This document shows, piece after piece, positions 51,297 to 61,786 of a stretch of DNA of 64,000 nucleotides. Position 1 is the stretch's first letter, and the number at the start of each line of letters is the position of its first letter. The stretch spans positions 992,001 through 1,056,000 of the forward strand of contig OZ242164.1 of NCBI GenBank assembly GCA_965205335.1, read 5' to 3'. Both the position numbers and the translations under genes were made by a program. The notes under the pieces were generated by a model, which worked only from the letters and a program-made list of their open reading frames with translations, was not told the DNA's origin and made no database searches. This DNA is from Candidatus Woesearchaeota archaeon (GTDB lineage Archaea > Nanobdellota > Nanobdellia > Woesearchaeales > UBA583).

Positions 51297-52568
51297 ATGG
51301 ATAGAAATAAATTAAAATTAATCATGTTAGATCAAAGAAGTTCATTTCTATCAGAAAAAGAATTAATTGATAGAGAAATAGACATAGATAATTACATTAA
51401 ATCAAAACAAATAGTTCTAATTTCAGGCATAAGAAGAACAGGAAAATCATCTCTACTATATCTCATAAAAAATAAATTAGAAATAAATGATGAGAACATT
51501 CTATATTTCAATTTTGATGATGTGAGATTAAGTGATTTTCAAATTGATGATTTTAATTTAATATATGAACTTCATTTAGAATATTTCAACCCAGACTTAA
51601 ATAAACTAACCATCTTTTTTGATGAAATTCAAAATATGTCTAACTGGGAAAAATTCCTAAACAGAATGTATGAAAAAGGCATAAAGATATATGTCACAGG
51701 TTCAAATGCCAAACTATTAAGTTCAGAAATTGCAACATCTTTAACAGGAAGAAATCTTCAATTACAATTATATGTCTTCTCCTTTAAAGAATACCTTAAA
51801 TATCACAAATTTGATTTTGAATTAAGCACACTAACAACTGAAAAAAGGGTTAAACTATTATCCTATTTTAACAATTATCTAAAATTCGGAGGATTCCCCT
51901 TAGTAGTTATAGAAAAAAATTTAGAATTAGTTAAATCATATTATAACGATATATTATACAGAGATATAATCGCAAGATTCAATATATCCCAAGTTGAAGA
52001 AATAAAAATATTAGGAAGTTATCTGGCTTCAAATACTGGGAAATTAATTTCATACTCAACATTAAAAGAAATTAGCAAGTTAAAAAGTTTAAGCACACTA
52101 AAAAACTATATTGATTATTTTGAAAATTCATTTCTATTTTACTTTTTAAAAAAATATGATTATTCAGTAAAAAAGCAGATATTGAATCCAAGAAAAGTAT
52201 TTGTTTGCGATGTTGCATTTAGTTCCCAGATAGGATTTAAATTTTCAGAGGATACTGGAAGAGATTTAGAAAATTTGGTATTTGTGCATTTGAAACGATT
52301 AGGAAAGGAGACATATTACCATAAAGATAAATATGAATGTGATTTTGTAATTAATGATAAAAGCAAAATAATACAGGCACTTCAGGTCTGCAAGAATTTA
52401 GATAGTTCAGAAACAAAAAAAAGAGAAATAAGAGGACTACTTGATGCTATGGATAAATATGAATTAAAAGAAGGCTTAATTTTAACGGAAAATGATGAAG
52501 GAAAAGAGATTATTAATAGAAAGAAAATAATCATAAAACCTATATGGAAGTGGTTACTTGAATTTTAA
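51297..52568 (+). CDS. AAA_14 + DUF4143 ATPase (COG1373 family)
   Basis: GIRRTGKS, FFDEIQ, TGSNA, LTGR, GGFP, ENLV, ECDFV...LQVC. Confidence 0.92.
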   Translation: MDRNKLKLIMLDQRSSFLSEKELIDREIDIDNYIKSKQIVLISGIRRTGKSSLLYLIKNKLEINDENILYFNFDDVRLSDFQIDDFNLIYELHLEYFNPDLNKLTIFFDEIQNMSNWEKFLNRMYEKGIKIYVTGSNAKLLSSEIATSLTGRNLQLQLYVFSFKEYLKYHKFDFELSTLTTEKRVKLLSYFNNYLKFGGFPLVVIEKNLELVKSYYNDILYRDIIARFNISQVEEIKILGSYLASNTGKLISYSTLKEISKLKSLSTLKNYIDYFENSFLFYFLKKYDYSVKKQILNPRKVFVCDVAFSSQIGFKFSEDTGRDLENLVFVHLKRLGKETYYHKDKYECDFVINDKSKIIQALQVCKNLDSSETKKREIRGLLDAMDKYELKEGLILTENDEGKEIINRKKIIIKPIWKWLLEF

Positions 52569-52832
52569 ACAAGGCGGGTTCTGTTCAAAATTTTTCGGTT
52601 TTTATTGCTTAAGCAAGAAAAGTTAGAGTTTGAAGATTTAAAAAAAGTGGATATGATAAATTACTACAATTTCAAACATTCCCCCGAATTTCAGAGGTAC
52701 TTTACCCCACCCAAACTAAAAGAGTCTCCTACAAATTGATTTGAGAAAGTGTTTTTTTGGGATTGGTGGGAAAATACACAATTTAGGGAATTTCAGTAAA
52801 TTTATAAATAAATAAATACATAAGTATTTATT

Positions 52833-53081
52833 ATGGCTTTATTAGATGAAGAAATTGAAACTTTTAAAAAGAATAAAGAGAATTTGTTACAAGATCATTT
52901 AGGTAAATATGTTTTAATAAAAAAAGATAAAATTATAGGAACATTTTTTGATAAAAGAGATGCAATAAATCAAGGATATAAAAGATTCCCAAATCAAGAG
53001 TTTTTAGTAAAAGAAATTCAGGAATGTGATGAAGAAATAAAATTAAGTAATTATGGTGTTAAAGTCTTATGCCCTTTGTGA
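52833..53081 (+). CDS. DUF5678-like small protein
   Basis: LLQDHLGKYVLIKKDKIIGTF...DAINQGY...FLVKEI pattern; TATA box just upstream. Confidence 0.65.
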   Translation: MALLDEEIETFKKNKENLLQDHLGKYVLIKKDKIIGTFFDKRDAINQGYKRFPNQEFLVKEIQECDEEIKLSNYGVKVLCPL

Positions 53082-53467
53082 ATAAAAAATTTCCTGATAA
53101 AATTACTCATCCAGTTTTGGAATGTAATTTTATAAATCCTAACGATAATAAAAAAATAGAAAAGAATTGTATTTCTTTAATTGACACAGGAGCAACACAT
53201 ACAGCGGTAGATTTATCTATCCCTAAAAAATTAGGATTAAAACCAATAAGTAAAACATCAGCAATTACAGCAGGTGGAAAAGTTGAAGATGTGTATATAT
53301 ATGAAATTAGTTTAACCATAAAACCATTTGAACCATTAATTTTACAATGTCTTGCAATGGATTTATATGATAAGCAAAGAATATATGCTTTAATTGGATG
53401 TGATTACTTATGTAATTTTTATTTTGTATTTGATGGACATTTGAATATGATAAAAATAGGAAAATAA
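53069..53467 (+). CDS. Retropepsin-like (clan AA) aspartyl protease
   Basis: LIDTGA catalytic motif, ITAGG flap, ALIGCDYL; overlaps the upstream gene. Confidence 0.85.
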   Translation: MPFVNKKFPDKITHPVLECNFINPNDNKKIEKNCISLIDTGATHTAVDLSIPKKLGLKPISKTSAITAGGKVEDVYIYEISLTIKPFEPLILQCLAMDLYDKQRIYALIGCDYLCNFYFVFDGHLNMIKIGK

Positions 53468-53535
53468 AAACCGACAAATTTTGAACAGAACCAACAAGGT
53501 GATAAATTTATAAAAAATCACATTATAAGATTAAT

Positions 53536-53673
53536 ATGGAAACTAAAAAAGAGATGATAGAGAAATTCAAGAAGGGAGAATATGATAGAGGTAAAACAAT
53601 ATCATATACTAAACCAGATGGAAGTTTGCCAACTTTTAAAGAATTTAATGAAATGATAGAGAAATATAAATAA
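53536..53673 (+). CDS. 45-aa hypothetical protein
   Basis: METKKEMIEKFKKGEYDRGKTISYTKPDGSLPTFKEFNEMIEKYK with TTTATAAA upstream. Confidence 0.45.
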   Translation: METKKEMIEKFKKGEYDRGKTISYTKPDGSLPTFKEFNEMIEKYK

Positions 53674-53732
53674 GAGATAGCATTAATGGAGTTTAAACCT
53701 CAGGTGATAAAATTATTTTACAGATTAAAAAC

Positions 53733-55049
53733 CTATTTAAATATCCTGATCTTTTTAACAAAACTTAAATCCCTATTTAAAATTTTTTCAAAATCCTTTA
53801 AATTAATCTGGGATATTTCTGATAAATCCATTACTCTTCTTTTTTCATAAGAACACACCCTGCCCTCTTTAACAAAATAAAAATCCCTGTTCTTTAAAAA
53901 CTTTTTAATAGAATCTCTCATTGTTACCTTAGGACCTTCTACTTCTTTTATATTTGGAAGATTTTGCTTTTCAAAAAGAAATACAAATAAACATTTCTGC
54001 TCATCTAAATTTATCTCAAATTCGCAATGGAAAATTTTAAAATCAAAAGATTCAAAGTATTTTTTGGTTTTATTAAAAGCTCTTTTAAGCTTTGAACCAA
54101 TAATATCACAACTCTCATTTTCCAAATTAAAATTAAACAAATACGCTATTCTTTTCAAATTATTCTCTTTTGCAAATTCTGATGAAGATTTTAATATCTC
54201 GTTTATATTAATTTTATTCTCTTCAAAATCGGAAACAGATAAAGTATTTATTCTATTGCATTCAAAAATAAATTTGGAATAATTATCATAAGAGAGTGCT
54301 CTTGCGCAATTTCTATTTTTTACTGTCGGGTCAATTACAACTAAATTTGAAAGTTTATCATGCTCAATGGAATTTTTTGCTAAATCAAATGATTTATAAT
54401 AAGAATTTATATCAATGAAAGTTTCATCTTCCCATTTCTGAGCATTTTTAATTAAATTAGAGAATGAACCATAATATATTATAAGAATTTCTATAACATG
54501 AGCTGAAAATCCATTAATATATCCTTCTGCCCCATATAATTTTTTTGATCTGAAAAACTGCTTTGCAATCCTTATCTCATTAGATAAATCTGGATTCTCC
54601 TCTATTTTCTTTTGAACAAATTGAACATGCATAGGAGATAAATCCGTTGAGTTCATATAATCAGAATATTTTCTAATCTTATAAACAGGAACTACTTCAA
54701 ATCTGATTTTATATTTTTTTGGAGAAAAAATCCCTGAGAAGTAATCTCTTGAACCTTTCTGTTTTTTGTGTTTGATTTTAGCCTCATTTAATATATTCTT
54801 AAGATATTGACTTAATCTCTCATCTTTATATTTCATATCAAACCGTACAAAATAATCAATATCACAACCCCTAAGATAAGTTCCCTTTCCAAAACTGCCT
54901 CCCACAAAGACATCACATTTCAATCCAAGTCTGTTTGCGGCTCTTTTTAATTTCCTTTTCAGTTTATTTGCTCCCTCTGTTAGGAAATCATGTTCCTTGT
55001 TAGTTGGTTTTATATTTTTTAAAACCTTTGATTTAGTTAGATTATCCAT
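53733..55049 (-). CDS. cca: CCA-adding enzyme, archaeal class I
   Basis: GGSFGKGTYL..DIDYF, EVVP, TDLSPMH, YGAE, DPTxxNRN. Confidence 0.94.
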   Translation of the reverse strand: MDNLTKSKVLKNIKPTNKEHDFLTEGANKLKRKLKRAANRLGLKCDVFVGGSFGKGTYLRGCDIDYFVRFDMKYKDERLSQYLKNILNEAKIKHKKQKGSRDYFSGIFSPKKYKIRFEVVPVYKIRKYSDYMNSTDLSPMHVQFVQKKIEENPDLSNEIRIAKQFFRSKKLYGAEGYINGFSAHVIEILIIYYGSFSNLIKNAQKWEDETFIDINSYYKSFDLAKNSIEHDKLSNLVVIDPTVKNRNCARALSYDNYSKFIFECNRINTLSVSDFEENKININEILKSSSEFAKENNLKRIAYLFNFNLENESCDIIGSKLKRAFNKTKKYFESFDFKIFHCEFEINLDEQKCLFVFLFEKQNLPNIKEVEGPKVTMRDSIKKFLKNRDFYFVKEGRVCSYEKRRVMDLSEISQINLKDFEKILNRDLSFVKKIRIFK

Positions 55050-55105
55050 TTTTATATTGGTTGGTATGTACTTATTTATATTTTTTTAGTTATATTCCCA
55101 AATAA

Positions 55106-55777
55106 TTAAAGAAACCCAAAAACCTTATTTAGAAGAATTTTCGGGTATCCAAGCCATGGAATTCTAATAAGTGCAACTCCTAATACATCTTCTTGTGGAA
55201 TATCTTTTTCGTAACTTTCAATCATATGCGCGTTATTATCACCTTTTGTCTGAAAATGATAATTGCCTTCCTCATCCTGCCATTTATGTACTACCCTGTG
55301 AATTAGCGGCCCAAAATTATTAAAAAATGTTCTATCATTTGGAATAAATATCAAAATGTCTCCTTTTTCAATTTTATCAAAGTCTTTCCCGCGTAAAACC
55401 ATAACATCTCCTATATTCAATCCATTTTTGTATTCATAATTCTCAAATTCAGATTTTGTGATATTATATCTTGATTCATAATATGAACCGCATAAAACCC
55501 AGTACTCATCAAAGTTTAATTTTTTGGAATTCGTATCAAAAACGCTATTTCCACAGATATTACTATTAACAATTTTATGTTCCATACTTCCGCTAACAAT
55601 TGCAACAACTGGATAATCACTTCCCAAAACAAAACCAAGAGATGGGAAAAATATAAATTTAACAAATAAAAATGCAAAAAAAAATGCTAAAATATACGAT
55701 AAAACAGAATCATCATACCACATAAATTTCCAAAACTTTTTCATTAAATTAATCAAATCTTTGAATTTTCTCTTCAT
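55106..55777 (-). CDS. Signal peptidase I (Sec11/S26 type)
   Basis: VSGSM, IHRV, TKGDNN, IPWLG. Confidence 0.92.
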   Translation of the reverse strand: MKRKFKDLINLMKKFWKFMWYDDSVLSYILAFFFAFLFVKFIFFPSLGFVLGSDYPVVAIVSGSMEHKIVNSNICGNSVFDTNSKKLNFDEYWVLCGSYYESRYNITKSEFENYEYKNGLNIGDVMVLRGKDFDKIEKGDILIFIPNDRTFFNNFGPLIHRVVHKWQDEEGNYHFQTKGDNNAHMIESYEKDIPQEDVLGVALIRIPWLGYPKILLNKVFGFL

Positions 55778-55794
55778 TTATAATACGTTAATTA

Positions 55795-58700
55795 TTATTT
55801 CTTTTTATTCTTATCTGATGGGCTATTGGATTTCTTGGTATCTATACTGGATTTTTTGTCCTTATAGAATTTCTCAAAGTCCTGAGCTTCATCTTCTAAA
55901 CTCTTTTTCGGACTACTTTTCCCAGATGCTTTTGATTTGGAGTAAAAATCATCAAAATCATCTTGTGAGTATTTTGCATCTTTTCTTCTCTTAAGCAATG
56001 TATCCTCATATTTGTCGACTTTTCCTTTATCCACTTTATCAAATTTATCAAATACACCCTGCCCAGATTTTAAAGTGTCATCAATGAATTTGTTTAATTT
56101 ACTTAGGTGGGAATCATATTTAGTCTTTGGCTTTACACTCTGCTTGTTATCCTGACTAACATTACTACTTCCTGTTGTAGTAAATCTAACTGGTGATTTT
56201 CCTAATGGTTTTAATACCTTATTACTTCTTTTAATTCCAAATTTCTCTAATTGAGTGTCTAAATATCCCTTTCTGTATGCATAATATGCTCCTCCACCTG
56301 AAATAGATAATACTACAAGTACTATTGCTGCAATTATTAAACCTCCACCACCACCTGAATCTTCCGGATCATCAATACCTTCGAAGTCGAATATACCGCA
56401 TTCATCTTCACTTGGCTCTGCTGGGGCAGTTGCATCACAAATACCATCAACTATCTTCCCCGGATTACAGTCTTCACATGAATTACATTCTTGGCATGAA
56501 TCATCGTCTCCACCGCCACCACCTCCAGAAGGACCAGGTTCAGGGGGTAGAGGTGGTGATGGACTAACTTTCTCTTTAGCTCTAACTTCATTGCCTGCTC
56601 CATCTTTTGCCCACACGCAAATCCATCTGTTATTCCCCACTTCAATAGAACCACTTATGTAATCTATACTTTCAGTACAACTCTCTTTGGAATTTGATAA
56701 GGAATATTTTATCTGCAAGCACTCTCCAGAATCATCAGTGCAGGTTATAGATACTTCATATGGATTCTGGGGATCTCTGTTAATTTTAAGAGTTGGGCTT
56801 ATAAAATCACACAAATTTCCCTCACAATCAGAAGAGACTTCAAGCATTTCTTCAATATAAACATCATTGCCTGCTCCATCTTTTGCCCACACGCAAATCC
56901 ATTTGTTATCTCCTACCTCAATAGAAGAACCACTTATGTAATCTATACTTGGAGTACAGTTATCCTTAGAGTCTGATAAAGAGTATCTTATCTTCTCACA
57001 CCCACTTAAATCATCAGTGCAAACTATGGTTATTAGGGATGAATTCTGGGAATCAGTATTAACTACAAGAGTTGGATGAGTAAAGTCACATTCAGAATCT
57101 GTAGAATCTTCTTCTATACATTCTGAATGAAGTTCAGTGCATTCAGGACTTTCAGAATCCTCTGTGCAGGGGGGTTCTTCATTAGGTGGTGGAGGTGGTT
57201 GTGGAGGAGGAGATGCTCCAAGAGAATAATTATTACTAGGAGCCTCATTGCCCACTTTATCCTCTGCTAAATAGCAAATCCATAAATAATCCCCTGCCTG
57301 AATTGAATCGCCTGTATAAATAGTAGATGGGTTGCAATCAAGTGAACCTGATAAAGAATACTTTATTTGTGCACACCCACTTAAATCATCAACACAGGTT
57401 ATGGACACATTACCCAATGACTTATCAATCTCTAAATTTGGAGGAGTAGAATCAACTAATATATCTTTTCTTAATTCTGAGCTATTAACTCCAATTTCAT
57501 TTTGACCAATAATAATTATCTCTTGGGCATTGTCAAGATCATGAGTGATTTTTCTTGGTTTTGAAGTACTATCATCAAGTTTCTCAGAAGAATTTTCACT
57601 TTTTATCTCTACGTAATATTTATCTATTTCAATTAAAGATTTAACTTCAAAATCAATTTCAAAGTTACTTGAATTCTTCACATAATCACTTTTTATCTTA
57701 TTGTTCACGAATGTCAGATTAGATAGCACAAGACCTTCTGAATCATATGTTATTGTAATTCTATTTGGGGATGATACTTCCCTTTCAACATTACAGTATA
57801 TGTAATATATATTTTCTCCTGATACTAAATCGGATGTAGTAAATGTCTTGATATATCCATCTCCAACCAGAGCAGGTTTGTTATTGTATTCTCCTGCATC
57901 AAATTGTGTTTTTGAATATTTACACTCATGATTTGCAGATAGGGTAACTGATACATCTGTTGAGGGCAGTGAAGCATATTTAGGAGTCCAATCAAGAACA
58001 TTTGAATTTCCAGTTGAGTTTACAATTAAATTATGAATTTTACTATCTGTATTGTATACTTTATCATAACATGTAAAATTTAATGCATGAGTTCCATCAT
58101 TTAAATCTAAACCTAATTTGTTGTGGTTTTTATTATTTGTTGTGTTTAATTTGATTTTATCTTGCGTACCTGTTTTTAAGAAACAAATTCCCTGCTCTGT
58201 AGTTCCAAGGGCTATATCAAATGGATTAAGAGATACTTTGTCCTTTGGAAGAATTTCATATATTTCAATTCCTTCAGTATATTTAGATGTATTTATAAGT
58301 TCTTGTTTTCCATATAAACTCTCACTTAGATAAGCTATATCAATGCTATGAGCTTGATTCTGACATGCTATCCAGAACCTGCTTGATGAAGAGAATTCCA
58401 CATTAATAGAATGGTCTAACATATTTAGAGAACTGTCCATAGAATGTTCTTCTAAATTTCTAAATTTGTGAATAGGTTTGAATCCAAGTAAATTGTCTGT
58501 AAAGTAACAAAGTGCACGAACATTTGTTTTAACTTTTATTGCAAAGTTATCCTGAGTATAATAAAGTTTATTTAAGAATAAATCACTGTTTTCAGTTTCA
58601 AAGTAATATTTTAGACTGTTATCATCTTTTCTTGTTAAAAGAGTTATGTTAATGTCTAAAGTTCTATACACTGCTTTAAAAGTAGCACTTGAACTTACCC

Positions 58701-59349
58701 CATAAATGTCAGTAAAATCAACTTTTACAATATTCACTCCATCAGATAAAGCGTCAAGTGGAAATCCAAATTCATTCTCTAATTTGTAATCTGTTTTATA
58801 TAAACTTTTCTGAGACATTTTATATGCAAGTTTTTCCTCTATGTAAACTTCATATTTTTGAATATGTTTTGAAAATTCTAAATTAACTGTTCCATCAGTT
58901 GGGGTTAATTGTACTACTTCATCTTCACTTGGAGAGTTTAATACAGGAGTAGAATTATCAAAATTAACAAAGAATTCACTTGGAGTTGAACGTTCTTCTG
59001 TGTCTAATTCATTTCCATAACTGTCAAGAATATTTAATTTGAAAGGACCTAATGATCCTAATGACAAAGGAATTATGCTTGAATTCACAGAACTAATAAG
59101 TTTGCTAAAAGATCTTCTTGGGCCACTTGGAACTTTTTTATTAATAACCAGGACATTCCCTCTCCCATATGTTATATTTTTCACAAAAACAGGTTCAGTA
59201 GGATTTGTTACAGTGAAATTTATATAAGGGTCTCCCTTTGACACATAGAAAACAAACTCTCTACTTTCATCAAATAAACCTATGGAATAAACTGTCTGTA
59301 AAAACAAAAACAAACACAGAAAACCAAATATAATTTTTATAATTTTCAT
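55795..59349 (-). CDS. Large single-pass cell-surface protein with Ig-like repeats
   Basis: Signal peptide, three Cys-containing repeats (C.DDxxxC..IxYSLS...WIC...DxxGN), Pro/Gly linkers, C-terminal TM and charged tail. Confidence 0.8.
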   Translation of the reverse strand: MKIIKIIFGFLCLFLFLQTVYSIGLFDESREFVFYVSKGDPYINFTVTNPTEPVFVKNITYGRGNVLVINKKVPSGPRRSFSKLISSVNSSIIPLSLGSLGPFKLNILDSYGNELDTEERSTPSEFFVNFDNSTPVLNSPSEDEVVQLTPTDGTVNLEFSKHIQKYEVYIEEKLAYKMSQKSLYKTDYKLENEFGFPLDALSDGVNIVKVDFTDIYGVSSSATFKAVYRTLDINITLLTRKDDNSLKYYFETENSDLFLNKLYYTQDNFAIKVKTNVRALCYFTDNLLGFKPIHKFRNLEEHSMDSSLNMLDHSINVEFSSSSRFWIACQNQAHSIDIAYLSESLYGKQELINTSKYTEGIEIYEILPKDKVSLNPFDIALGTTEQGICFLKTGTQDKIKLNTTNNKNHNKLGLDLNDGTHALNFTCYDKVYNTDSKIHNLIVNSTGNSNVLDWTPKYASLPSTDVSVTLSANHECKYSKTQFDAGEYNNKPALVGDGYIKTFTTSDLVSGENIYYIYCNVEREVSSPNRITITYDSEGLVLSNLTFVNNKIKSDYVKNSSNFEIDFEVKSLIEIDKYYVEIKSENSSEKLDDSTSKPRKITHDLDNAQEIIIIGQNEIGVNSSELRKDILVDSTPPNLEIDKSLGNVSITCVDDLSGCAQIKYSLSGSLDCNPSTIYTGDSIQAGDYLWICYLAEDKVGNEAPSNNYSLGASPPPQPPPPPNEEPPCTEDSESPECTELHSECIEEDSTDSECDFTHPTLVVNTDSQNSSLITIVCTDDLSGCEKIRYSLSDSKDNCTPSIDYISGSSIEVGDNKWICVWAKDGAGNDVYIEEMLEVSSDCEGNLCDFISPTLKINRDPQNPYEVSITCTDDSGECLQIKYSLSNSKESCTESIDYISGSIEVGNNRWICVWAKDGAGNEVRAKEKVSPSPPLPPEPGPSGGGGGGDDDSCQECNSCEDCNPGKIVDGICDATAPAEPSEDECGIFDFEGIDDPEDSGGGGGLIIAAIVLVVLSISGGGAYYAYRKGYLDTQLEKFGIKRSNKVLKPLGKSPVRFTTTGSSNVSQDNKQSVKPKTKYDSHLSKLNKFIDDTLKSGQGVFDKFDKVDKGKVDKYEDTLLKRRKDAKYSQDDFDDFYSKSKASGKSSPKKSLEDEAQDFEKFYKDKKSSIDTKKSNSPSDKNKKK

Positions 59350-59392
59350 TGAGATTTCAACGAAAAAAAAGAATATAAACTAATGTATACAC

Positions 59393-60025
59393 TTACTTGT
59401 AGTGGAGATAAAGATTAATATTAAACTCTCTTTTTGATGTTGCCCACGTGTAGAGCCCCGATGGAGCCCTTTTATATCCTAATTTCCTTAATTCTTTTTC
59501 CGAGTCTTCAAAAGAGAGTTTACTTGTATTTTCATAGAATGTTTTATGATTGCTATAATTAAAGCCATGAAGAAGTGTGAATAATTCCTCATTAGGTAAT
59601 TCAAAACTAATGTAGAAAGGGATTTCCCCTATCAAAGGTTTTATCTCTTCACTATTACTCTGTGTTGCATTGAAAAATCTGTTTAATTTTGATGAGATTA
59701 AGAATTTTGCATATTGGCATGCACTTTTATCTTCAGTATCACATTGCACAGAGGTATCAGCATAATTGTGACTATTATCAATGCACAGATTTATTAGATT
59801 TTTAATGCTGTCCTCATCTCCTCTTGTCACACAACCACTGCTTGATTTCATAAGAGTGTTTAATGTGTTCTGGGCTAAAATTTTATATTCTTCTTCCTGC
59901 TGGCTTAGTTCTTCTCTTTGAGGGTCTAAGGATTTTACCTGAGAATAAATTATTAATCCAAGAACTATTAAGACAAACATAAGAGCAATTCCAAACATTT
60001 CTCCCTGACTTTTAAAAGATTTCAT
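59393..60025 (-). CDS. Pilin-like protein with class III-type signal peptide
   Basis: MKSFKSQGEMFG followed by a hydrophobic helix. Confidence 0.6.
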   Translation of the reverse strand: MKSFKSQGEMFGIALMFVLIVLGLIIYSQVKSLDPQREELSQQEEEYKILAQNTLNTLMKSSSGCVTRGDEDSIKNLINLCIDNSHNYADTSVQCDTEDKSACQYAKFLISSKLNRFFNATQSNSEEIKPLIGEIPFYISFELPNEELFTLLHGFNYSNHKTFYENTSKLSFEDSEKELRKLGYKRAPSGLYTWATSKREFNINLYLHYK

Positions 60026-60170
60026 ATTTAACTAAGTGTTTAATATAAACTTTTATAAATGTTATTTATCTAGGAATAGTTAATGAAATTAAATAGATTT
60101 TTCTTTGTTGTGATTCTTCTTACTGATTTGAAGTTTGAGATTGAGGTTTTGGAGTTTTTTGAGCTATAAA

Positions 60171-61292
60171 ATGGAAAATTTAGATGAACAAAGATATGAA
60201 ATGCTTATTGAAAACCTGCATGGGGCTCAAATGCATGGCTCAAAGGAAGATAATATTGCGGCATATATTGCTATTTCTGAATATGAATATAATTTTGGGA
60301 TGCTTCAAAAGGCTAAGATTCATTTAAAGAAAGTGTTAGGATTAGATTCTAATGTTATTAATATTAATTATTATCTTGCTTTGATTGAACTGAGTTTGTC
60401 ACATAATAATTCTGATGCAAAAATGTATTTAGAGCATGAATTGAAGATAAATCCAGATAATAGAAATGCAGAAGAGATTCTTGAAAAATTACAAATTAAA
60501 TCAAATATTCCCTTTGGTACAATTACTGTTTTCATATTATGTGTTTTAACTTTTGTTATTTTTTATCCCCAGCCTATTTATTCTGAGTTATTAAAGTTTG
60601 CACTGTCTGATTATAATTTCGGGTTTGCAACTCTTGTTTCATCAATTTATATGCACGCTAATCTTATGCATTTTGCTTTTAATATGATTATTTTAATTCT
60701 TTTTGGTTTGCATTTGGAGAAATACATAGGAACTGCAAGGTTTGTTTTTATTTTTTTTATTTGCGCAGTTATTGGTAATTTGTCTCAGGTTCTTTTTAGT
60801 CCTGCAAATTCATTTGTTTTGGGAGTGTCAGGAGGACTTTTTGGAATTTTTGGAGCAATTGTTATGCGTGAGCCATTACTAGGTATCAGAGTTCTGGGAT
60901 TGTTTAAACTTCCAATTATAATTCTTTTCGGAAGTATTTTTATTCTTAGTTATTTGGTTTCAAATTACTTTTCAGGAGGTGTTATGCTTGGCGAGATTTC
61001 CCATATCGCAGGGTTTTTGATTGGAATGTTTTTAACAGGACTCTTTTACAGAAATACTATTGGAGTGTTCTATAACTGGGTTGTTATTTCGCTTGGGTTT
61101 GTTGCAATTACTTTTTCTTTTGGAAATTTTATTTCCATTTATTATAAGTATCTCTCTGTTAATGATTTTAATCTTGTTTTAAATGATGTTTTAATAGCAT
61201 CTGGCAGTTTGCTTCTTGGAGTTTTTTTAATTTTTTATAGTTATGGTAAACTTAAGTTTCTGAATAGGATGTCTGAAGGTGATGTTAGATGA
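60171..61292 (+). CDS. TPR-rhomboid protease fusion
   Basis: N-terminal TPR-like helices (LKINPDNRNA); HFAFNM, GVSG, SHIAG. Confidence 0.85.
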   Translation: MENLDEQRYEMLIENLHGAQMHGSKEDNIAAYIAISEYEYNFGMLQKAKIHLKKVLGLDSNVININYYLALIELSLSHNNSDAKMYLEHELKINPDNRNAEEILEKLQIKSNIPFGTITVFILCVLTFVIFYPQPIYSELLKFALSDYNFGFATLVSSIYMHANLMHFAFNMIILILFGLHLEKYIGTARFVFIFFICAVIGNLSQVLFSPANSFVLGVSGGLFGIFGAIVMREPLLGIRVLGLFKLPIIILFGSIFILSYLVSNYFSGGVMLGEISHIAGFLIGMFLTGLFYRNTIGVFYNWVVISLGFVAITFSFGNFISIYYKYLSVNDFNLVLNDVLIASGSLLLGVFLIFYSYGKLKFLNRMSEGDVR

Positions 61293-61786
61293 GAGGAGGT
61301 AAATTTTTAGGTATTGTTTTAGTGTTGTTTTTGATTGGATTGTATTATTTTGTTTTTTATATGAACACAAGTCCTAATGCAATAGATTTGTGTAATTCTG
61401 AAGATGATTGCGTTAATAGTTTAATTAGAGAGTTTTCAAATATTAGTTATTGTGAGTATCATAGTAATAAGTCAAAGTGTTATAATTCTTTTGCGACAAG
61501 GTTTAATGATAGTTCTGCTTGCGATTTGACGCAAAACAAGAGTAAGTGTTTGATTAGATATGCTGTTTTGAGAAATGAGCCTTCTTTATGTAATAATTTT
61601 TTGGATAGGGATTTTGATTATTGTATTTTCCAGATTGTTAGTAATACAAAGAATTTAGAAATGTGTGAGTTAAGTAATAAGCCTTCTCTTTGTTATTATT
61701 CTTTTGCTGTTGAAACAAAAAATGTATCTATTTGTGAAATAAGCGAAAAATATAAAAGCAAGTGTTATGATAAAGTATTAGGATAA
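61289..61786 (+). CDS. Membrane-anchored Cys-rich repeat protein
   Basis: N-terminal TM, then about 24-aa repeats with paired cysteines. Confidence 0.75.
   Translation: MRGGKFLGIVLVLFLIGLYYFVFYMNTSPNAIDLCNSEDDCVNSLIREFSNISYCEYHSNKSKCYNSFATRFNDSSACDLTQNKSKCLIRYAVLRNEPSLCNNFLDRDFDYCIFQIVSNTKNLEMCELSNKPSLCYYSFAVETKNVSICEISEKYKSKCYDKVLG

Larger units (their letters stand above)
52577..53492 (+). mobile_element. Non-autonomous TIR-bounded cargo cassette (916 bp)
   Basis: 30-bp TIRs ggttctgttcaaaattt(t/g)tcggtttttatt (1 mismatch); flanked by aacaaggcg and aacaaggtg; no transposase ORF. Confidence 0.85.
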
